Shown one piece after another: positions 41,193 to 53,555 of a stretch of 64,000 nt of DNA (within the stretch, counting starts at the first letter, position 1; the number at the start of each line of letters is the position of its first letter). This DNA is from an uncultured SAR86 cluster bacterium (GTDB taxonomy: Bacteria > Pseudomonadota > Gammaproteobacteria > Magnimaribacterales > D2472), in the NCBI GenBank assembly GCA_902541365.1, contig CACBQK010000001.1, forward strand, positions 101,851 to 165,850, in the 5' to 3' direction. Position numbers and translations under genes: made by a program. A model generated the notes under the pieces. That model had not been told where the DNA came from. It saw only the letters and a program-made list of their open reading frames with translations, and ran no database searches.

Positions 41193-41959
41193 ATTAAAGG
41201 ACTCTTTTCCGGTTTAAACTTTGTAATATTTTCATAACTAGGGCCAAGAAAAATTAATCCTCTAGGATTTACAGTTGTTCCAGCGTTATTCCTATCCTTG
41301 CTTTCAAGTATTTCTTTTAATGGGATTTTAATTTGGTATTTACCAATTTCTAATAAAGTCCCAACAATTATTCTAACCATATTTTGTAAAAATGCATTTG
41401 CAGTTATTTTTATTTCGATGATATTTCCTAATTTATTAATTTCTATTTTTTTTATATTCCTTTCGGGATTATTAGATCCACAACTTAGACTCCTAAATGA
41501 TGTGAAATCATGTTTTCCAATTAAGCACTTGGACTCCTCGTTCATTTTCTTAATGTCTAACTCTGCTTGCTCCCAATAATAAAAATCATCAAGCAAAACA
41601 TTCCTCGATGGACTATTAAAAATTAAATAAGAGTATGTTCTATCAATTGCATCAAATCTTGAATGAAATGAGTCTTTTACTTTATCTAAATCAACTACAG
41701 ATATGTCATTAGGAAGATTTGAATTTAGGCCATTGATCCATTGCATATCTGATCTATCCTGACTTACAACTACATCGAAAACCTGACCAAGCGCATGAAC
41801 GCCTTTATCAGTTCTCCCTGAGTAATTCATCTGCACATTATCAACAGAAATTCCTTTGAAAGCTCTTATAAGCTCATCTTGAATAGAGTTAGCATTTTTT
41901 TGAGATTGGAAACCGGAATAATTAGTTCCTTTATATTGAATCTTGAAGGCTAGTTTCAA
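41189..41959 (-). CDS. truA: tRNA pseudouridine(38-40) synthase
   Basis: Catalytic Asp motif GRTDKGVHA. Confidence 0.93.
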   Translation of the reverse strand: MKLAFKIQYKGTNYSGFQSQKNANSIQDELIRAFKGISVDNVQMNYSGRTDKGVHALGQVFDVVVSQDRSDMQWINGLNSNLPNDISVVDLDKVKDSFHSRFDAIDRTYSYLIFNSPSRNVLLDDFYYWEQAELDIKKMNEESKCLIGKHDFTSFRSLSCGSNNPERNIKKIEINKLGNIIEIKITANAFLQNMVRIIVGTLLEIGKYQIKIPLKEILESKDRNNAGTTVNPRGLIFLGPSYENITKFKPEKSPLI

Positions 41960-41968
41960 CTTTAACCC

Positions 41969-43177
41969 CTATATTTTTGATCTCAGATCAACCGCCTGCT
42001 GAATAAGTTTTTGATTTTTGGCTTTATCGATAATTTCATCTAATAAAATTTTGGCTTTTTCATAATCCTTCATTTCATATAGAGTTATAGCTAAATCAAA
42101 CTGCTGAATGAAAGGATCATTTTTGATACTAAGTCCCTTAGGCATCGATGATAAAGCATCATCTGGTTTAGATTCATTTTTAGCAGTAACTAAATTCCTT
42201 TTTATTAAAAAAATTGCTATTAGAAATCCTCCTGCAAGGCTTACTAAACTTACTATTAATAGTTGCAAAATATTTACTCCAGAATTAATTTCTCCATTTG
42301 AAATTTCTATTTCCTCATTTCTTTCAATTTCAATTATTCTTGTTTGAGATTCAATTATAGCTTGAGGGTCTAAAGTAGTTTGTTCTTGATTTTGGATATC
42401 AAAATTTTGGGTTTTCTCTTGCTGAGTTACTTCAATTTCTTGTTCAATAATTGCTTCTGGTTCTGGAGCCACCAATGTAAGCATTTGCTGTGTTTCAAAA
42501 GTATTAGTATCTACCATCTCCCTAATACTAAACTTTGCATAAGACTTATCAATTTCTCTAATTGACTGTAATTCAGGAATAAGAATATCCATATCATTTC
42601 TAATTAAATTAATGTTATCGTCAATAAAAGCACCTCTATTATTTTCGAAAATACTCCACATTACTTGATAAATACTTAGATCATCGTAATTAAGCGATTC
42701 AGCCATAGACCAGACGGTAGTAATTTCATCAGCTAATATGACTATCTCGTTGGAAGGTTTTTCTTCCTCAATAATTTGAGGGCTAGAGACCTCAACTGTT
42801 TCAATTTGAAGAATTGAAGTATATGAGTCGTCTGAAAGAAAAATAAAAAAGTCTTTTCTGTTATCTTTAATCTCAATTGTGAATAGAGCATAAGGAGTAT
42901 CAGTATCTTTTAGTTTCTCAAAACTTAAATTGTATTCACTAATATTTACTCTACTTAGACTCAAATTAAAAAGCGAATCTAATATTGAAGATGATGTTTG
43001 ATACTCAAAAATACTAATATCGCTTTTATCAATTTCTTCTGTGGAATTAATTGATATTATTATCTGTATTGCATTTTCATCTTGAAATGTTTTTGAAGAT
43101 AAATAGGTAATTTCTGATGAAGAAAGTGATGAAAAAATTATAAAAAAAAGAAAAAAGCTTATTTTTTTAATTTTCAT
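41969..43177 (-). CDS. short FimV/HubP-like protein
   Basis: Signal peptide. LysM/FimV-N-like TVWSMAESL...YQVMWSIFENNRGAFIDDNINLIRNDMDILIP. Acidic Glu/Gln-rich linker and one TM (LLIVSLVSLAGGFLIAIFLI). C-terminal FimV-type TPR-like motif FDLAITLYEMKDYEKAKILLDEII. Located in the asd-fimV-truA position as in Pseudomonas. Confidence 0.68.
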   Translation of the reverse strand: MKIKKISFFLFFIIFSSLSSSEITYLSSKTFQDENAIQIIISINSTEEIDKSDISIFEYQTSSSILDSLFNLSLSRVNISEYNLSFEKLKDTDTPYALFTIEIKDNRKDFFIFLSDDSYTSILQIETVEVSSPQIIEEEKPSNEIVILADEITTVWSMAESLNYDDLSIYQVMWSIFENNRGAFIDDNINLIRNDMDILIPELQSIREIDKSYAKFSIREMVDTNTFETQQMLTLVAPEPEAIIEQEIEVTQQEKTQNFDIQNQEQTTLDPQAIIESQTRIIEIERNEEIEISNGEINSGVNILQLLIVSLVSLAGGFLIAIFLIKRNLVTAKNESKPDDALSSMPKGLSIKNDPFIQQFDLAITLYEMKDYEKAKILLDEIIDKAKNQKLIQQAVDLRSKI

Positions 43178-44165
43178 CAGCTTTTTTCATTAATTCTAAG
43201 ATTTGTACTGCATTTAAAGCAGCACCTTTACCAAACAAATTATCAGCAACAATCCAGCAGGATATCCAATCTTCATTATTTATTTTACTTGAACGAATTC
43301 TTCCAACATAAACATCATTTGTTTTATTTGCATTTTCAAGAGCAGTTGGGAAAGCTTCTTTTGATGGGTCATCAATTACTTTTATGCCCTCTTTGTCTTC
43401 AAGTAATTTTATTATGCTTAATCTTGAGGCTTCATTTCTTACTTTTATAAAAACTGATTCAGAGTGTCCATTTATTACTGGCACTCTTACGCAAGTGGAA
43501 GTTACATTAATTTTTTCATCTAATATTTTTTTTGTTTCCCAGTTGAGCTTCATTTCCTCTTTCGTAAAACCATTATCTAAAAATTTATCGCACTGAGGTA
43601 TTACATTTCCTGCTATGGTTTTAGAAAATATATTGGAAACAGCAGAGATTGACTGAGACTGATTTTCAAGCTCTTTTATACCCTGTTCACCTGCACCTGA
43701 CACTGCTTGAAAGGTAGTGATAATAACACTTTCGATACTAAACTCTTTATGGATATGATCGAGGATCATCAAGAGCTGAGCTGTTGAGCAGTTAGGGTTA
43801 GCAACCAGACTAGTTTTCTTACTTATGATATGCCCATTAATTTCTGGAATTATAAGTGGTACATTATCTTCATATCTAAAGTAGGAAGACATATCTAAAA
43901 CCTTACAGTTGGCTTCGATAAACTTATTCGCATAATCTCTTGCAACATCAGAACCAGCAGACAATATTGCATAGTCAGGCTTACTAAAATCAAATTCATC
44001 AATGTCTTCAATTCTGCAATCTTTGTCTAAAAAATTTATTGAAGAGCCGGCTGATTTTTTACCTAATAAAAAAATCTCATCGATTTTAAATTCTCTTTTT
44101 TGTAGTTGTTCTAGTAAATTTCTTCCAACCAATCCAGATGCTCCAACTATAGCTAACTTAGACAT
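43167..44165 (-). CDS. asd: aspartate-semialdehyde dehydrogenase (short Asd/Usg-type form)
   Basis: GASGLVG NADP motif, active-site ANPNCST and GHSESV. 332 aa. Confidence 0.83.
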   Translation of the reverse strand: MSKLAIVGASGLVGRNLLEQLQKREFKIDEIFLLGKKSAGSSINFLDKDCRIEDIDEFDFSKPDYAILSAGSDVARDYANKFIEANCKVLDMSSYFRYEDNVPLIIPEINGHIISKKTSLVANPNCSTAQLLMILDHIHKEFSIESVIITTFQAVSGAGEQGIKELENQSQSISAVSNIFSKTIAGNVIPQCDKFLDNGFTKEEMKLNWETKKILDEKINVTSTCVRVPVINGHSESVFIKVRNEASRLSIIKLLEDKEGIKVIDDPSKEAFPTALENANKTNDVYVGRIRSSKINNEDWISCWIVADNLFGKGAALNAVQILELMKKADEN

Positions 44166-45243
44166 TAGATTTTTCCTTGATTATTGAAATAAGCTCGGAA
44201 GCAACTTCATCAGTCTCTAAAAAGGATGAATCATCGGTTAAATCTTTTGTTCTAAAACCTCTTGAGATAAATTCTTTTACAGATTTTTCGATTGTGCTTG
44301 CTGCTTCAGAATTTTCAAGAGAGTACCTAAAAGCCATTGCTAGGGAGAGGATCATTGCTAAAGGGTTTGCTAAATTTTTACCAGCTATATCAGGTGCGCT
44401 GCCATGACATGGTTCATACATTCCCTGAGAAGAGCTGTTGAGTGATGCGGAAGGAAGCATACCAATAGAGCCGGTTAGCGTTGCAGCAATATCAGATAAA
44501 ATATCACCAAATAGATTACTAGAAACAATTACATCGAACTGATTGGGATCAAGTACTAATTGCATTGCAGTATTGTCAGCAAGCTGATGTGTCAATTCAA
44601 CATCAGGATACTCCTTTGATAGGTTTGTAATTATTTCTCTCCAAAACTTTGAAACCTCAAGAACATTTGCTTTTTCTACTGAACATAGTTTTTTATTCCT
44701 TTTTTGAGCTGATTCAAAAGCTACTCGACCAATTCTTTCGATCTCTTTTTCGTCATAAATCATTGTATTAAAAGCATGTGGAGGGTTTGAAGAAGTATCA
44801 ATTCCTCTTGGCTCACCAAAATAAATACCGCCTGTTAACTCTCTTACTATCAAGATATCTAAATCATTGATAATTTCCTCTTTTATTGGTGAAGCTGAAG
44901 CAAGCTCATTAAAAAGGAAGGCAGGTCTTAGGTTAGCAAATAATCCTAGCTCTTTTCTTAATCCTAACAATGCTTGCTCTGGTCTTTTATCCCAATCTAA
45001 ATCCTCCCATTCTGGACCACCTACAGCTCCGAAGAGAATAGCATCAGATTTTCTAGCTATCTCTAAAGTCTTATCAGGAAGAGGATAACCAGTCTTATCA
45101 TAGGCTGCTCCGCCAACATCATGAGTTTCAATATCAAGATCAAGAGAGTATAGATCTTTAACAAATCTTAATATCTCCATTGCAGAACTTGTTACTTCAG
45201 GGCCGATGCCGTCACCTGGCAAAATAAGAATCTTTTTATTCAT
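44158..45243 (-). CDS. leuB: 3-isopropylmalate dehydrogenase
   Basis: [11 protein letters not shown] and [10 protein letters not shown] prefer ATG 45243, which forms an ATGA overlap with the leuD stop. The track's ATG 45255 is the alternative. Confidence 0.95.
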   Translation of the reverse strand: MNKKILILPGDGIGPEVTSSAMEILRFVKDLYSLDLDIETHDVGGAAYDKTGYPLPDKTLEIARKSDAILFGAVGGPEWEDLDWDKRPEQALLGLRKELGLFANLRPAFLFNELASASPIKEEIINDLDILIVRELTGGIYFGEPRGIDTSSNPPHAFNTMIYDEKEIERIGRVAFESAQKRNKKLCSVEKANVLEVSKFWREIITNLSKEYPDVELTHQLADNTAMQLVLDPNQFDVIVSSNLFGDILSDIAATLTGSIGMLPSASLNSSSQGMYEPCHGSAPDIAGKNLANPLAMILSLAMAFRYSLENSEAASTIEKSVKEFISRGFRTKDLTDDSSFLETDEVASELISIIKEKSNV

Positions 45244-45869
45244 TCGAAAATCCATGGGTTATTTTCTTTTCTATGTTCTTCAAATTTCTTAATTAATTCT
45301 GAATCTTTAAGAGTAATATCGATCTCATCAAGGCCATAGATGATTCTTTCAGCTAAATTATTATCAAGATCAAAATCAATAGAGAGCTTATCTTTAAAAA
45401 GTATAACTTTATCTTTTATATTTATTGAAATAGATACTGGACTATCTGTAGACAATGAAAATAGTTTTTCAATTTCAGTTTTTTTGAGCTTTAACGGTAA
45501 AACACCATTTTTGAAACAATTATTATAAAAAATATCGCCAAATGAGCTTGCTAAAACAACTTCAATACCAAAGTCTCTGAGAGCCCAAACTGCATGCTCT
45601 CTACTTGAGCCGCATCCAAAATTATCTCTTGTAAGCAAAACTTTAGATTCATCATAAGGCGAATTGTTAAGAATAAATTCATGATTGATTTTTCTTTCAC
45701 CTTTTTTCATTCCAAGACGACCCTGATCTTTATATCTCCAGCCATCAAAAAGATAATCCTCATATCCAAATTTTTTAATAGATTTTAAATATTCTGTTGG
45801 GATGATTTGATCGGTATCTATATTATCTCTATCAATTGGAGCTACAATACCTTCAATAAAATCTTTCAT
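45240..45869 (-). CDS. leuD: 3-isopropylmalate dehydratase small subunit
   Basis: GCGSSREHA motif. 209 aa. Confidence 0.95.
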   Translation of the reverse strand: MKDFIEGIVAPIDRDNIDTDQIIPTEYLKSIKKFGYEDYLFDGWRYKDQGRLGMKKGERKINHEFILNNSPYDESKVLLTRDNFGCGSSREHAVWALRDFGIEVVLASSFGDIFYNNCFKNGVLPLKLKKTEIEKLFSLSTDSPVSISINIKDKVILFKDKLSIDFDLDNNLAERIIYGLDEIDITLKDSELIKKFEEHRKENNPWIFE

Positions 45870-45870
45870 C

Positions 45871-47271
45871 TTAAATCTCTTTTACAATCCTTCCGTTTAT
45901 TGCGGTTAGAGCAGCCATCTTTGGACTCATTAAATGCGTTCTTCCTAAATTACCCTGCCGGCCCTCAAAATTTCTATTTGAAGTTGAAGCACATCTTTCA
46001 TAAGGACTTAATTGGTCTGGATTCATACCTAAGCACATAGAACAACCCGGTGCCCTCCACTGAAATCCAGCATCGATGAATATTTTATGAATTCCCTCCT
46101 TCTCTGCTTGTTCTTTAACCATTCCAGACCCAGGAACAACAATAGCTTCTTGTATATTTTCAGAAACCTTTTGACCTTTCAAAACTTCTGCGGCTTCTCT
46201 TAGATCTTCAATTCGAGAATTAGTGCATGATCCAATGAATACTTTATCGAAATCTAAATCGCTCAATTCCTGATTATCTGACAATCCCATATAATTTTTA
46301 GCTAGATCTAAGCTTTTTCTTTTTTCAGCAGAAAAAATTGAGCTCGATGGAATCTTTTCGTTGAAATCAATTACCATTTCTGGTGATGTGCCCCAAGAAA
46401 CTTGAGGATTAATTTTTGATACATCAATATCAATTTCTTTATCGAACATTGCTTCTTTATCAGTTGTTAAATTTTTCCATTTTTTAATAGCATCATTTAT
46501 TAAATTATCTTCAAGATTTGAATGTTTTTTAACGTATTTAATAGTTTTGTCGTCAACAGACACTAGTCCTACTTTAGCTCCTGCTTCAATAGACATATTG
46601 CATATTGTCATTCTGGCTTCCATAGAGATATTTCGTATATATGATCCCGCAAATTCAACTGCATATCCTGTTCCACCTGCAGTTCCTATTGTCCTAATTA
46701 AATATAAAATAATATCTTTCGAGGATACTCCTTCTTGTATCGACCCCTCAAAATTTATTCTCATATTTTTAAGCTTCCTTACTTTTAAACTTTGAGTTGC
46801 AAGAACATGCTCCACTTCAGATGTTCCAATTCCCATTGCAAGACAACCAAAAGCACCATGAGTTGAAGTATGAGAGTCGCCGCAAACAATACTCATTCCA
46901 GGAAGCGTTAAGCCTAATTCTGGTCCAATTACATGAACTATGCCTTGATTATTTGAGTTGATATTAAATTGTTTTATGCCGAAATCATTACAATTTTTAT
47001 CTAACTCAACAACCTGCAACTTTGAGATATTGTCCTCAATGCTCTCAATGCTAAATTTGTTATCCCTTGTAGTTGGAACATTGTGATCTGGAGTAGCAAT
47101 GTTTGCATTAATTCTCCAAGGTTTGAGTGATTTTTTTTTGAGGCCCTCAAAAGCTTGAGGAGATGTTACTTCATGAAGAAAATGCCTATCAATATAAATT
47201 AGTGAGTCTCCATCATCATAGGATCTTATTAAGTGCTCATTCCAGAGCTTGTCATATATGGTGTATCCCAT
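45871..47271 (-). CDS. leuC: 3-isopropylmalate dehydratase large subunit
   Basis: Fe-S ligand motifs GSCTNSR and CSMCLGMN, plus GDSHT. Confidence 0.97.
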   Translation of the reverse strand: MGYTIYDKLWNEHLIRSYDDGDSLIYIDRHFLHEVTSPQAFEGLKKKSLKPWRINANIATPDHNVPTTRDNKFSIESIEDNISKLQVVELDKNCNDFGIKQFNINSNNQGIVHVIGPELGLTLPGMSIVCGDSHTSTHGAFGCLAMGIGTSEVEHVLATQSLKVRKLKNMRINFEGSIQEGVSSKDIILYLIRTIGTAGGTGYAVEFAGSYIRNISMEARMTICNMSIEAGAKVGLVSVDDKTIKYVKKHSNLEDNLINDAIKKWKNLTTDKEAMFDKEIDIDVSKINPQVSWGTSPEMVIDFNEKIPSSSIFSAEKRKSLDLAKNYMGLSDNQELSDLDFDKVFIGSCTNSRIEDLREAAEVLKGQKVSENIQEAIVVPGSGMVKEQAEKEGIHKIFIDAGFQWRAPGCSMCLGMNPDQLSPYERCASTSNRNFEGRQGNLGRTHLMSPKMAALTAINGRIVKEI

Positions 47272-48359
47272 TATTCCGTTACAAATGGGAGTTTTTGATC
47301 AACATCACCGCACTGTGCCTTGTTTCTTAGAAGATGGTCAATTAAAACAAGGTTCACCATTGCCTCAGCAATTGGTACTGCTCTAATTCCAACACAAGGA
47401 TCGTGTCTCCCTTTAATTTCAAGCTCAACCTCATTTCCATCTTTATCTATGGATGTTGTGGCTTTACTTATGCTAGATGTGGGTTTAATTAAAAAACTTA
47501 TATCAATATCATCACCATTTGAAATCCCACCAAGGATTCCACCAGAATTATTTGAATCGAATCCGGTCTTGGTAATTTCATCTCTTAGCTCAGATCCTTT
47601 AGAAAATGGAATCATGTCAGAGTTGCCAATAGAAACCGATTTTACGGCATTGATACTCATTATGGCTTTTGCCAAATCAGCATTTAATTTATCGAAAACA
47701 GGTTCTCCAAGGCCAACTGGGCAGTTTTGGACTTTAATATTTAGCTTGGCACCTATTGAGTCTCCTTCTTTGATGAGTTCTTCAAAAAACTCTTCAAGTG
47801 AGCTAATTTTTGATCTATCAGGAAAGAAGAATTTATTTTCATTTACAAATTCAAGATCAACTGTATCAGCAGAAATACTTCCAATTTGTGATACAAAGCC
47901 CTGGGTTATAATTCCATGTGTATTTAAATACCTCTTAGCAACTGCTCCCGCAGCAACTCGCATTGCTGTCTCTCTTGCGCTTGATCTGCCACCACCTCTG
48001 TAATCTCTAATACCATACTTTGCTTGATATGTGAGGTCAGCATGATTTGGCCTAAATGTATCTTTAATATTTGAATAATCTTTTGAAATCTGGTCTTCAT
48101 TTCTGATTAACAATGCTATAGGAGTTCCAAGGGTTTTTCCTTCAAAAACTCCTGACATGATTTCAACTTTGTCGTCCTCTTTCCTCTGGGTAGTAACATC
48201 TGATTGGCCAGGCTTTCTTCTGTCAAGCTCCATCTGAATATCTTCATTTTTTATTTCAAAATTAGGTGGACATCCGTCAATTATGCAGCCCATAGCTTCG
48301 CCATGACTTTCACCAAAAGTCGTTACAGAAAAGATTTTTCCAAATATGTTACCTGACAT
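47271..48359 (-). CDS. aroC: chorismate synthase
   Basis: [15 protein letters not shown] and RHDPCV motifs. Confidence 0.96.
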   Translation of the reverse strand: MSGNIFGKIFSVTTFGESHGEAMGCIIDGCPPNFEIKNEDIQMELDRRKPGQSDVTTQRKEDDKVEIMSGVFEGKTLGTPIALLIRNEDQISKDYSNIKDTFRPNHADLTYQAKYGIRDYRGGGRSSARETAMRVAAGAVAKRYLNTHGIITQGFVSQIGSISADTVDLEFVNENKFFFPDRSKISSLEEFFEELIKEGDSIGAKLNIKVQNCPVGLGEPVFDKLNADLAKAIMSINAVKSVSIGNSDMIPFSKGSELRDEITKTGFDSNNSGGILGGISNGDDIDISFLIKPTSSISKATTSIDKDGNEVELEIKGRHDPCVGIRAVPIAEAMVNLVLIDHLLRNKAQCGDVDQKLPFVTE

Positions 48360-48409
48360 AGCGGAGTATTATATGCTATTTTTTAAAAAACGCTGAGATT
48401 ATAAGTGTT

Positions 48410-49855
48410 TCAGAGAGATAGAAGCTTTTGAAAATCAACTACACTCATAGATGTAAGCTTATCAAAATCTAAGAACTCTTTATAAATCTGCTCTGATTTA
48501 TAATCGTCAAAAACAGTCTTAAGATTACTTAAAAACTTTTTCTCAAGCACTGGAATGCCTTCATTTCTTCTTCTTCTATGGCCAATAGGATACTCAACCT
48601 CAATTTCTTGAGTGGAAGAACCATCTTTGAAAAGTACTCTCAATTTGTTAGCTATTGATCTCTTTTCAGGATCAAGATAATCCTCAGAATATTTTTTATT
48701 CTCGGTAACAACCATTTTTGATCTTAATTCATCAATTCTTGGATCCTGTGCGACTTCATCTTCATAATCCTCAGCTACTAAATCACCTTTAAGAAGGCCA
48801 ATAGCGACCATATATTGAAGACAGTGATCCCTATCTGCAGGATTGTTAAGTTCGCCAACTTTAGAAATGATTCTTATTGCTGACTCATGTGTTGTTATCT
48901 CAATTTTATCAACTTCATCAAGCCTATCGATAATTTCAGGATGCATGCTCACTGCTGCCTCAACTGCTGTTTGTGCGTGGAATTCAGCAGGAAAACTAAT
49001 TTTAAATAAAACATTTTCCATGACATATGAACCAAAGCTTTGTGGAATTCTTAGAGACTCACCTTTAAAAAGGACATCCTCAAACCCCCACGTTTTTGCA
49101 GTTAAAACACTTGGATACCCCATCTCTCCTGATAAGGTAATCATTGCTAGTCTTACTGCGCGACTTGTCGCATCACCGGCAGCCCAGCTTTTTCGTGACC
49201 CTGCATTTGGAGCATGTCTGTATGTTCTCAAGCTTTGTCCATCCAACCAAGCATGAGTTAAAGCATTAATAACATCTTCCTTATTTCCACCTAAAATTTT
49301 TGTTGCTACTGCAGTTGATGCTACTTTGACAAGAACTACATGATCTAAACCAACTCTGTTAAAGCTATTTTCGAGAGCTAAAATACCTTGGATTTCATGA
49401 GCTTTAATCATCATTTCCAGAATATCCAATACTTTCAGTGGTTCTTTGCCGGCTTCAATGTTCTTTTGAGAGACATAATCTGCGCAAGAAAGTATTGCAC
49501 CAAGATTATCTGATGGATGTCCCCACTCAGCTGCAAGCCAAGTATCGTTAAAATCAAGCCATCTTATAATACATCCTATATCAAATGCCCCCTTTACGGG
49601 GTCTAATAAATTAGAGGTTCCTGGAACTCTTACGCCATATGGTACTTCTGTTCCCTCAATAACTGGCCCAAGTAATTTTGTGCAAGCTGGAAAACTTAAC
49701 GCTAGCAAGCCACACCCTAGAGTGTCTATTAAACAGCTTTTTGCAGTTTCATATGCTTCATCTGATTGGATCTCATAATCCATAACATAATCAGCAATTT
49801 GGATTATTAATTCATCAGGATCTGGTCTTGAGTTAATATCAAAAAATTGTGACAT
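48410..49855 (-). CDS. prpD: 2-methylcitrate dehydratase
   Basis: MmgE/PrpD-family length (481 aa). Located in context with prpB and prpC. Confidence 0.9.
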   Translation of the reverse strand: MSQFFDINSRPDPDELIIQIADYVMDYEIQSDEAYETAKSCLIDTLGCGLLALSFPACTKLLGPVIEGTEVPYGVRVPGTSNLLDPVKGAFDIGCIIRWLDFNDTWLAAEWGHPSDNLGAILSCADYVSQKNIEAGKEPLKVLDILEMMIKAHEIQGILALENSFNRVGLDHVVLVKVASTAVATKILGGNKEDVINALTHAWLDGQSLRTYRHAPNAGSRKSWAAGDATSRAVRLAMITLSGEMGYPSVLTAKTWGFEDVLFKGESLRIPQSFGSYVMENVLFKISFPAEFHAQTAVEAAVSMHPEIIDRLDEVDKIEITTHESAIRIISKVGELNNPADRDHCLQYMVAIGLLKGDLVAEDYEDEVAQDPRIDELRSKMVVTENKKYSEDYLDPEKRSIANKLRVLFKDGSSTQEIEVEYPIGHRRRRNEGIPVLEKKFLSNLKTVFDDYKSEQIYKEFLDFDKLTSMSVVDFQKLLSL

Positions 49856-50286
49856 TACCTTACCTCAATAATCAATTCATCTGAGATTATTGGGTCTTCA
49901 TGAGGAATATGTGCGAAGTTTCCAAGAACTAACCTTAATCTGTGGACTCCTTTTGGTAACTCGATAGTGTCTGAGGTTTGTCCTTTGCCGTAATGTATAT
50001 GATTTTCGTCTGAAGGAATTGGCCTAGTTAAATCGGGAAGCGGAACATTGATAAGAAGATGATGATGTCCGGAATCACAAGCCATTTGACCAGCTGGTGC
50101 AATATTAAAATTTTTAATGCCAAACTCTAAATTTATTACTCCTGAAGAGGTTACTAAATTTTGATTAGGAGTGATAAAAAATACTTCTGGATTGCCCTCT
50201 CTGCATTCTAATGAATCAAAATCATTAGAAGTTGTTTCTAAAGAAAAAAATAGAAATGGGATAATTAAGCTAAAGATTTTTATCAT
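49855..50286 (-). CDS. DUF4399-type secreted protein
   Basis: Signal peptide [26 protein letters not shown] and HIHYGKGQT motifs fit my recollection of DUF4399. TAAATG and TAATG junctions link it to prpC and prpD. Confidence 0.7.
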   Translation of the reverse strand: MIKIFSLIIPFLFFSLETTSNDFDSLECREGNPEVFFITPNQNLVTSSGVINLEFGIKNFNIAPAGQMACDSGHHHLLINVPLPDLTRPIPSDENHIHYGKGQTSDTIELPKGVHRLRLVLGNFAHIPHEDPIISDELIIEVR

Positions 50287-51414
50287 TTAATCTCTATCTT
50301 GAAGATCAACCCAAGTTGCAGATTCGGGTCCAATATATTCTTCACTAGGTCTTATAATTCTATTATCTGCTCTTTGTTCCATCACATTGGCAGCCCAACC
50401 AGAGGTTCTACCAATTACAAAAAGTGGCGTAAAGATTGGTGTTGGTATGCCTAAAAAATTATATGCAGATGCCATATAAAAATCTGTATTTGCAAAGAGA
50501 TTTTTTTCTTCGCTCATTACCTTTTCAATTTCTTCCGAAACCTCGTAAATGACAGGGTTGGATGCATTTGAGCTAAGTTTCTTTGCCCATGCTTTTACAA
50601 TCTTGTTTCTAGGATCCTCATTTGAATAAACCGCATGACCGAAACCCATAATCTTTTCTTTGTTTGCTAGCATATTCTTCACACCAATATTAGCCTCTTC
50701 CCTTGAAGAAAATCTTTCTATCATTTCCATAGCTGCTTCATTAGCACCACCATGAAGTGGTCCTCTTAATGTTCCTATTGCAGCAGTAATACATGAATGC
50801 ATATCAGACAGTGTTGATGCACACGTCCTAGCTGTAAATGTCGATGCATTAAAGCCATGTTCTGCATAGCAAATAAGAGAAGTATCAAGTGCTCTAATGT
50901 GTTCATCACTTGGCTCGCTTCCTGTAAGTAAACTTAAAAACTGGCCGCCCATAGTTTTATGATCTGTAAGAGTATCTATATCTTCGCCAAAATGAGATGC
51001 TCTGTACCAATATGTCATTATTGAGGGCATGGCAGCAAGAATTCTATCAGCTGTATCATTTTGATTAGTAAAATCTCCTTCTGGCTCAAGATTTCCTAAC
51101 ATAGAAGTACCAGTTCGAAGCACATCCATGGGATGAGTTTCTTTTGGTATTGCTGTTAAAACATTTTTTAACTCTCTTGGTAAATCTCTATATTGCCTGA
51201 GCTTAGAGGTATAAGAGTCATATTCTTCTTGATTAGGTAATTTTCCATAAAGAAGCATATAGGCAACTTCTTCAAAAGTTGCTTTCTCCGCTAAATCTTC
51301 AATCGCATAACCTCTGTAAGTCAGGCCTTTACCCTCTTTACCTACGGTTGAAAGTGCAGTTTCTCCTGCGACTTGACCTCTTAATCCGGCTCCTTCAAGC
51401 TTCTTTTCCATCAA
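50287..51414 (-). CDS. prpC: 2-methylcitrate synthase
   Basis: Citrate-synthase signature GFGHAVY. 375 aa. Located between prpB and prpD. Confidence 0.9.
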   Translation of the reverse strand: MMEKKLEGAGLRGQVAGETALSTVGKEGKGLTYRGYAIEDLAEKATFEEVAYMLLYGKLPNQEEYDSYTSKLRQYRDLPRELKNVLTAIPKETHPMDVLRTGTSMLGNLEPEGDFTNQNDTADRILAAMPSIMTYWYRASHFGEDIDTLTDHKTMGGQFLSLLTGSEPSDEHIRALDTSLICYAEHGFNASTFTARTCASTLSDMHSCITAAIGTLRGPLHGGANEAAMEMIERFSSREEANIGVKNMLANKEKIMGFGHAVYSNEDPRNKIVKAWAKKLSSNASNPVIYEVSEEIEKVMSEEKNLFANTDFYMASAYNFLGIPTPIFTPLFVIGRTSGWAANVMEQRADNRIIRPSEEYIGPESATWVDLQDRD

Positions 51415-52289
51415 TGATCCTCCATATTTTTTATGTACTCATCGAGATTCTTTTCAAAGTTCAAGTAATCTAGTCTGTCATAAAGCTCATCACGCGTTTG
51501 CATTATATCTAAAACATTTTCCTGCGTCCCATTTTTTAGTATTGATTCATATACTTTTTCAGTGGCTTTAGAGGAAGCTCTAAAAGCAGACAAAGGAAAT
51601 AGCATCATATCTACCCCAGCATCCATTAATTGATGATCTTTGAAAAGAGGAGTTTTACCAAACTCGGTGATATTTGCAAGAATTGGTTTTTGAATAGCTT
51701 CTTTTAGCTCTTTATAGTCTTGAAGAGAGGTTATAGCTTCAAGAAATATTCCATCAGCTCCTGCATTAATATATTCTTTTGATCTTTGGATACAGCCTTC
51801 AATACCTTCTGAGGCGAAAGCATCCGTTCTTGCAATAATAAAGAAATTTGGATCAGTTCTTCCCTTAATTGCGCTTTTAATTCTTTCACACATCTCTTTT
51901 GATGAAATCAACTTTTTATTTGGTCTGTGTCCACATCTTTTAGCTTCAATTTGATCCTCTAAGTGAACAGCAGCAGCTCCAGCCTCAATCATTTTTTCTA
52001 TACTGTTTGAAATATTAGTTCCATCACCCCATCCTGTATCTATATCTACTAATAATGGTAATGAAGTTGATTTAGAAATCCTTTTAACATCTACCAGTAC
52101 ATCTTCAAGAGATGTTAAGCCTAGATCAGGAATACCATATGATGCAGAAGCTACTCCGCTTCCAGATAAATAAATACATTTGTGACCCGATCTCTCTGCA
52201 AGAATTGCAGAATATGCATTTATTGCACCAACAATCTTTAAGGGATTGTTTTCTTCTAGTGCTTCTCTAAATCTTTTTCCTGCCGACAT
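51411..52289 (-). CDS. prpB: methylisocitrate lyase
   Basis: Isocitrate-lyase-family KRCGH motif. 292 aa. Confidence 0.92.
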   Translation of the reverse strand: MSAGKRFREALEENNPLKIVGAINAYSAILAERSGHKCIYLSGSGVASASYGIPDLGLTSLEDVLVDVKRISKSTSLPLLVDIDTGWGDGTNISNSIEKMIEAGAAAVHLEDQIEAKRCGHRPNKKLISSKEMCERIKSAIKGRTDPNFFIIARTDAFASEGIEGCIQRSKEYINAGADGIFLEAITSLQDYKELKEAIQKPILANITEFGKTPLFKDHQLMDAGVDMMLFPLSAFRASSKATEKVYESILKNGTQENVLDIMQTRDELYDRLDYLNFEKNLDEYIKNMEDH

Positions 52290-52291
52290 TT

Positions 52292-52951
52292 TTATGAGTA
52301 GAACTTTACTCCTCTTATAATTCTGTCTCTATTATTTTCCCTTCTCCATCTATTTGTATCTCTGAGACTGTAGACACATCCGCAATACTCTTGCTGATAA
52401 AAATTTTCACGTTTTGAGATCTCTACCATTCTTGAGGAGCCACCATCTTTTCTCCAATTGAAATCCCAGTAACTTACATCCTCATACCGCTCTGCAGCTC
52501 GCTTTCCAGAGTCATTTATTTGATTCATATCTTTCCATCTTGAGATACCCAGTGTTGTGGCGAAATAGTTGAAATTATTTTCATGAGCATAAAGTGCTGA
52601 TCTTTCAAATCTCATATCAAAGCAAACTGTGCATCTTTTTCCTCTTTCGGGTTCATTCTCTAAGCCTTTTACTCTTTGAAACCAATTATCCTTATCATAG
52701 TCTGCATCAACAAAATCAAATCCAAGTTTTTCGCAGAATCTTTTATTTTCTTCTTTTCTTATTTCATATTCTTCCAACGGATGGATATTTGGATTATAGA
52801 AGTAAACCGTAGTTTTAATGTTCGCTGCTGCAACAGCCTCCATAATTTCACCTGCACATGGTGCGCAACAGCTGTGTAGAAGAAGATTATTTTCTCCTCC
52901 ACTTAATTCAAGATCGGGTCTTATGTATTCTTTCAAGGACAGTTTATTCAT
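52292..52951 (-). CDS. queH: epoxyqueuosine reductase QueH (DUF208)
   Basis: HSCCAPC and C-terminal YCGCVYS Cys motifs. Confidence 0.85.
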   Translation of the reverse strand: MNKLSLKEYIRPDLELSGGENNLLLHSCCAPCAGEIMEAVAAANIKTTVYFYNPNIHPLEEYEIRKEENKRFCEKLGFDFVDADYDKDNWFQRVKGLENEPERGKRCTVCFDMRFERSALYAHENNFNYFATTLGISRWKDMNQINDSGKRAAERYEDVSYWDFNWRKDGGSSRMVEISKRENFYQQEYCGCVYSLRDTNRWRRENNRDRIIRGVKFYS

Positions 52952-53555
52952 ACTGATAAATAGAATTTTCTAAAAGTTTGGCTTCTAGGTCATTATAGTC
53001 CTTTACTACCTCTATTTCAGGATACTTAGATATAACTTTCTCTGGAGCATTTATAAAAAAACCTTTTTCACAAACTTCAAACATCTGAATATCATTGAAC
53101 GAATCACCAGCAGCAAAACACCTATATCCTAAACCCTGAAATGACTTAATGGCTTCTTGTTTAGCTTTTTCTTGCCTAAGCTTATAAGAAGAAATCATGC
53201 CATCTTTAACATTTAGGGTATGACAGAGTAATAGAGGAAAGCCTAATTTCTCCATAAGCGGAGTAGCAATTTCATGAAATGTATCAGATAGGATTACTAC
53301 CTGAAAATTTTGTCTTAGGTTATCTAAAAAATCTCGTGCGCCATCAAGAAGTTTTACTTTTGAAGATGACCTTTGAATATCTTTTAAAGTTATCCCTTCT
53401 TGCTCCATAACTTCAAGGCGAGCATCCATCAAATCTGAGTAGCTGGGAATATCTCTGGTAGTTTTTGCAAAATCTTCTATTCCTGTATCTTCAGCAACCT
53501 GTTGCCAAATTTCTTCGGTCAACGTGCCTTCCATATCCAAACACACAATTTCCAA
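52944..53555 (-). CDS. thrH: phosphoserine phosphatase / homoserine phosphotransferase ThrH-like HAD protein
   Basis: [13 protein letters not shown] (HAD motif I) and AAGDSFND (motif III). Length (203 aa) and N-terminus match Pseudomonas ThrH as I remember it. Confidence 0.78.
   Translation of the reverse strand: MEIVCLDMEGTLTEEIWQQVAEDTGIEDFAKTTRDIPSYSDLMDARLEVMEQEGITLKDIQRSSSKVKLLDGARDFLDNLRQNFQVVILSDTFHEIATPLMEKLGFPLLLCHTLNVKDGMISSYKLRQEKAKQEAIKSFQGLGYRCFAAGDSFNDIQMFEVCEKGFFINAPEKVISKYPEIEVVKDYNDLEAKLLENSIYQYE

Noticed and set aside
47320-48003. A 227-aa ORF on the plus strand, unusually long for AT-rich DNA.
   Set aside because: It lies entirely antisense to aroC, whose motifs are unambiguous. 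The translation is low-complexity (Ser/Leu/Pro/Ile-rich) with no start context. It is a typical shadow ORF of a well-conserved gene.
48843-49256. A 137-aa plus-strand ORF.
   Set aside because: It is an antisense shadow of prpD.
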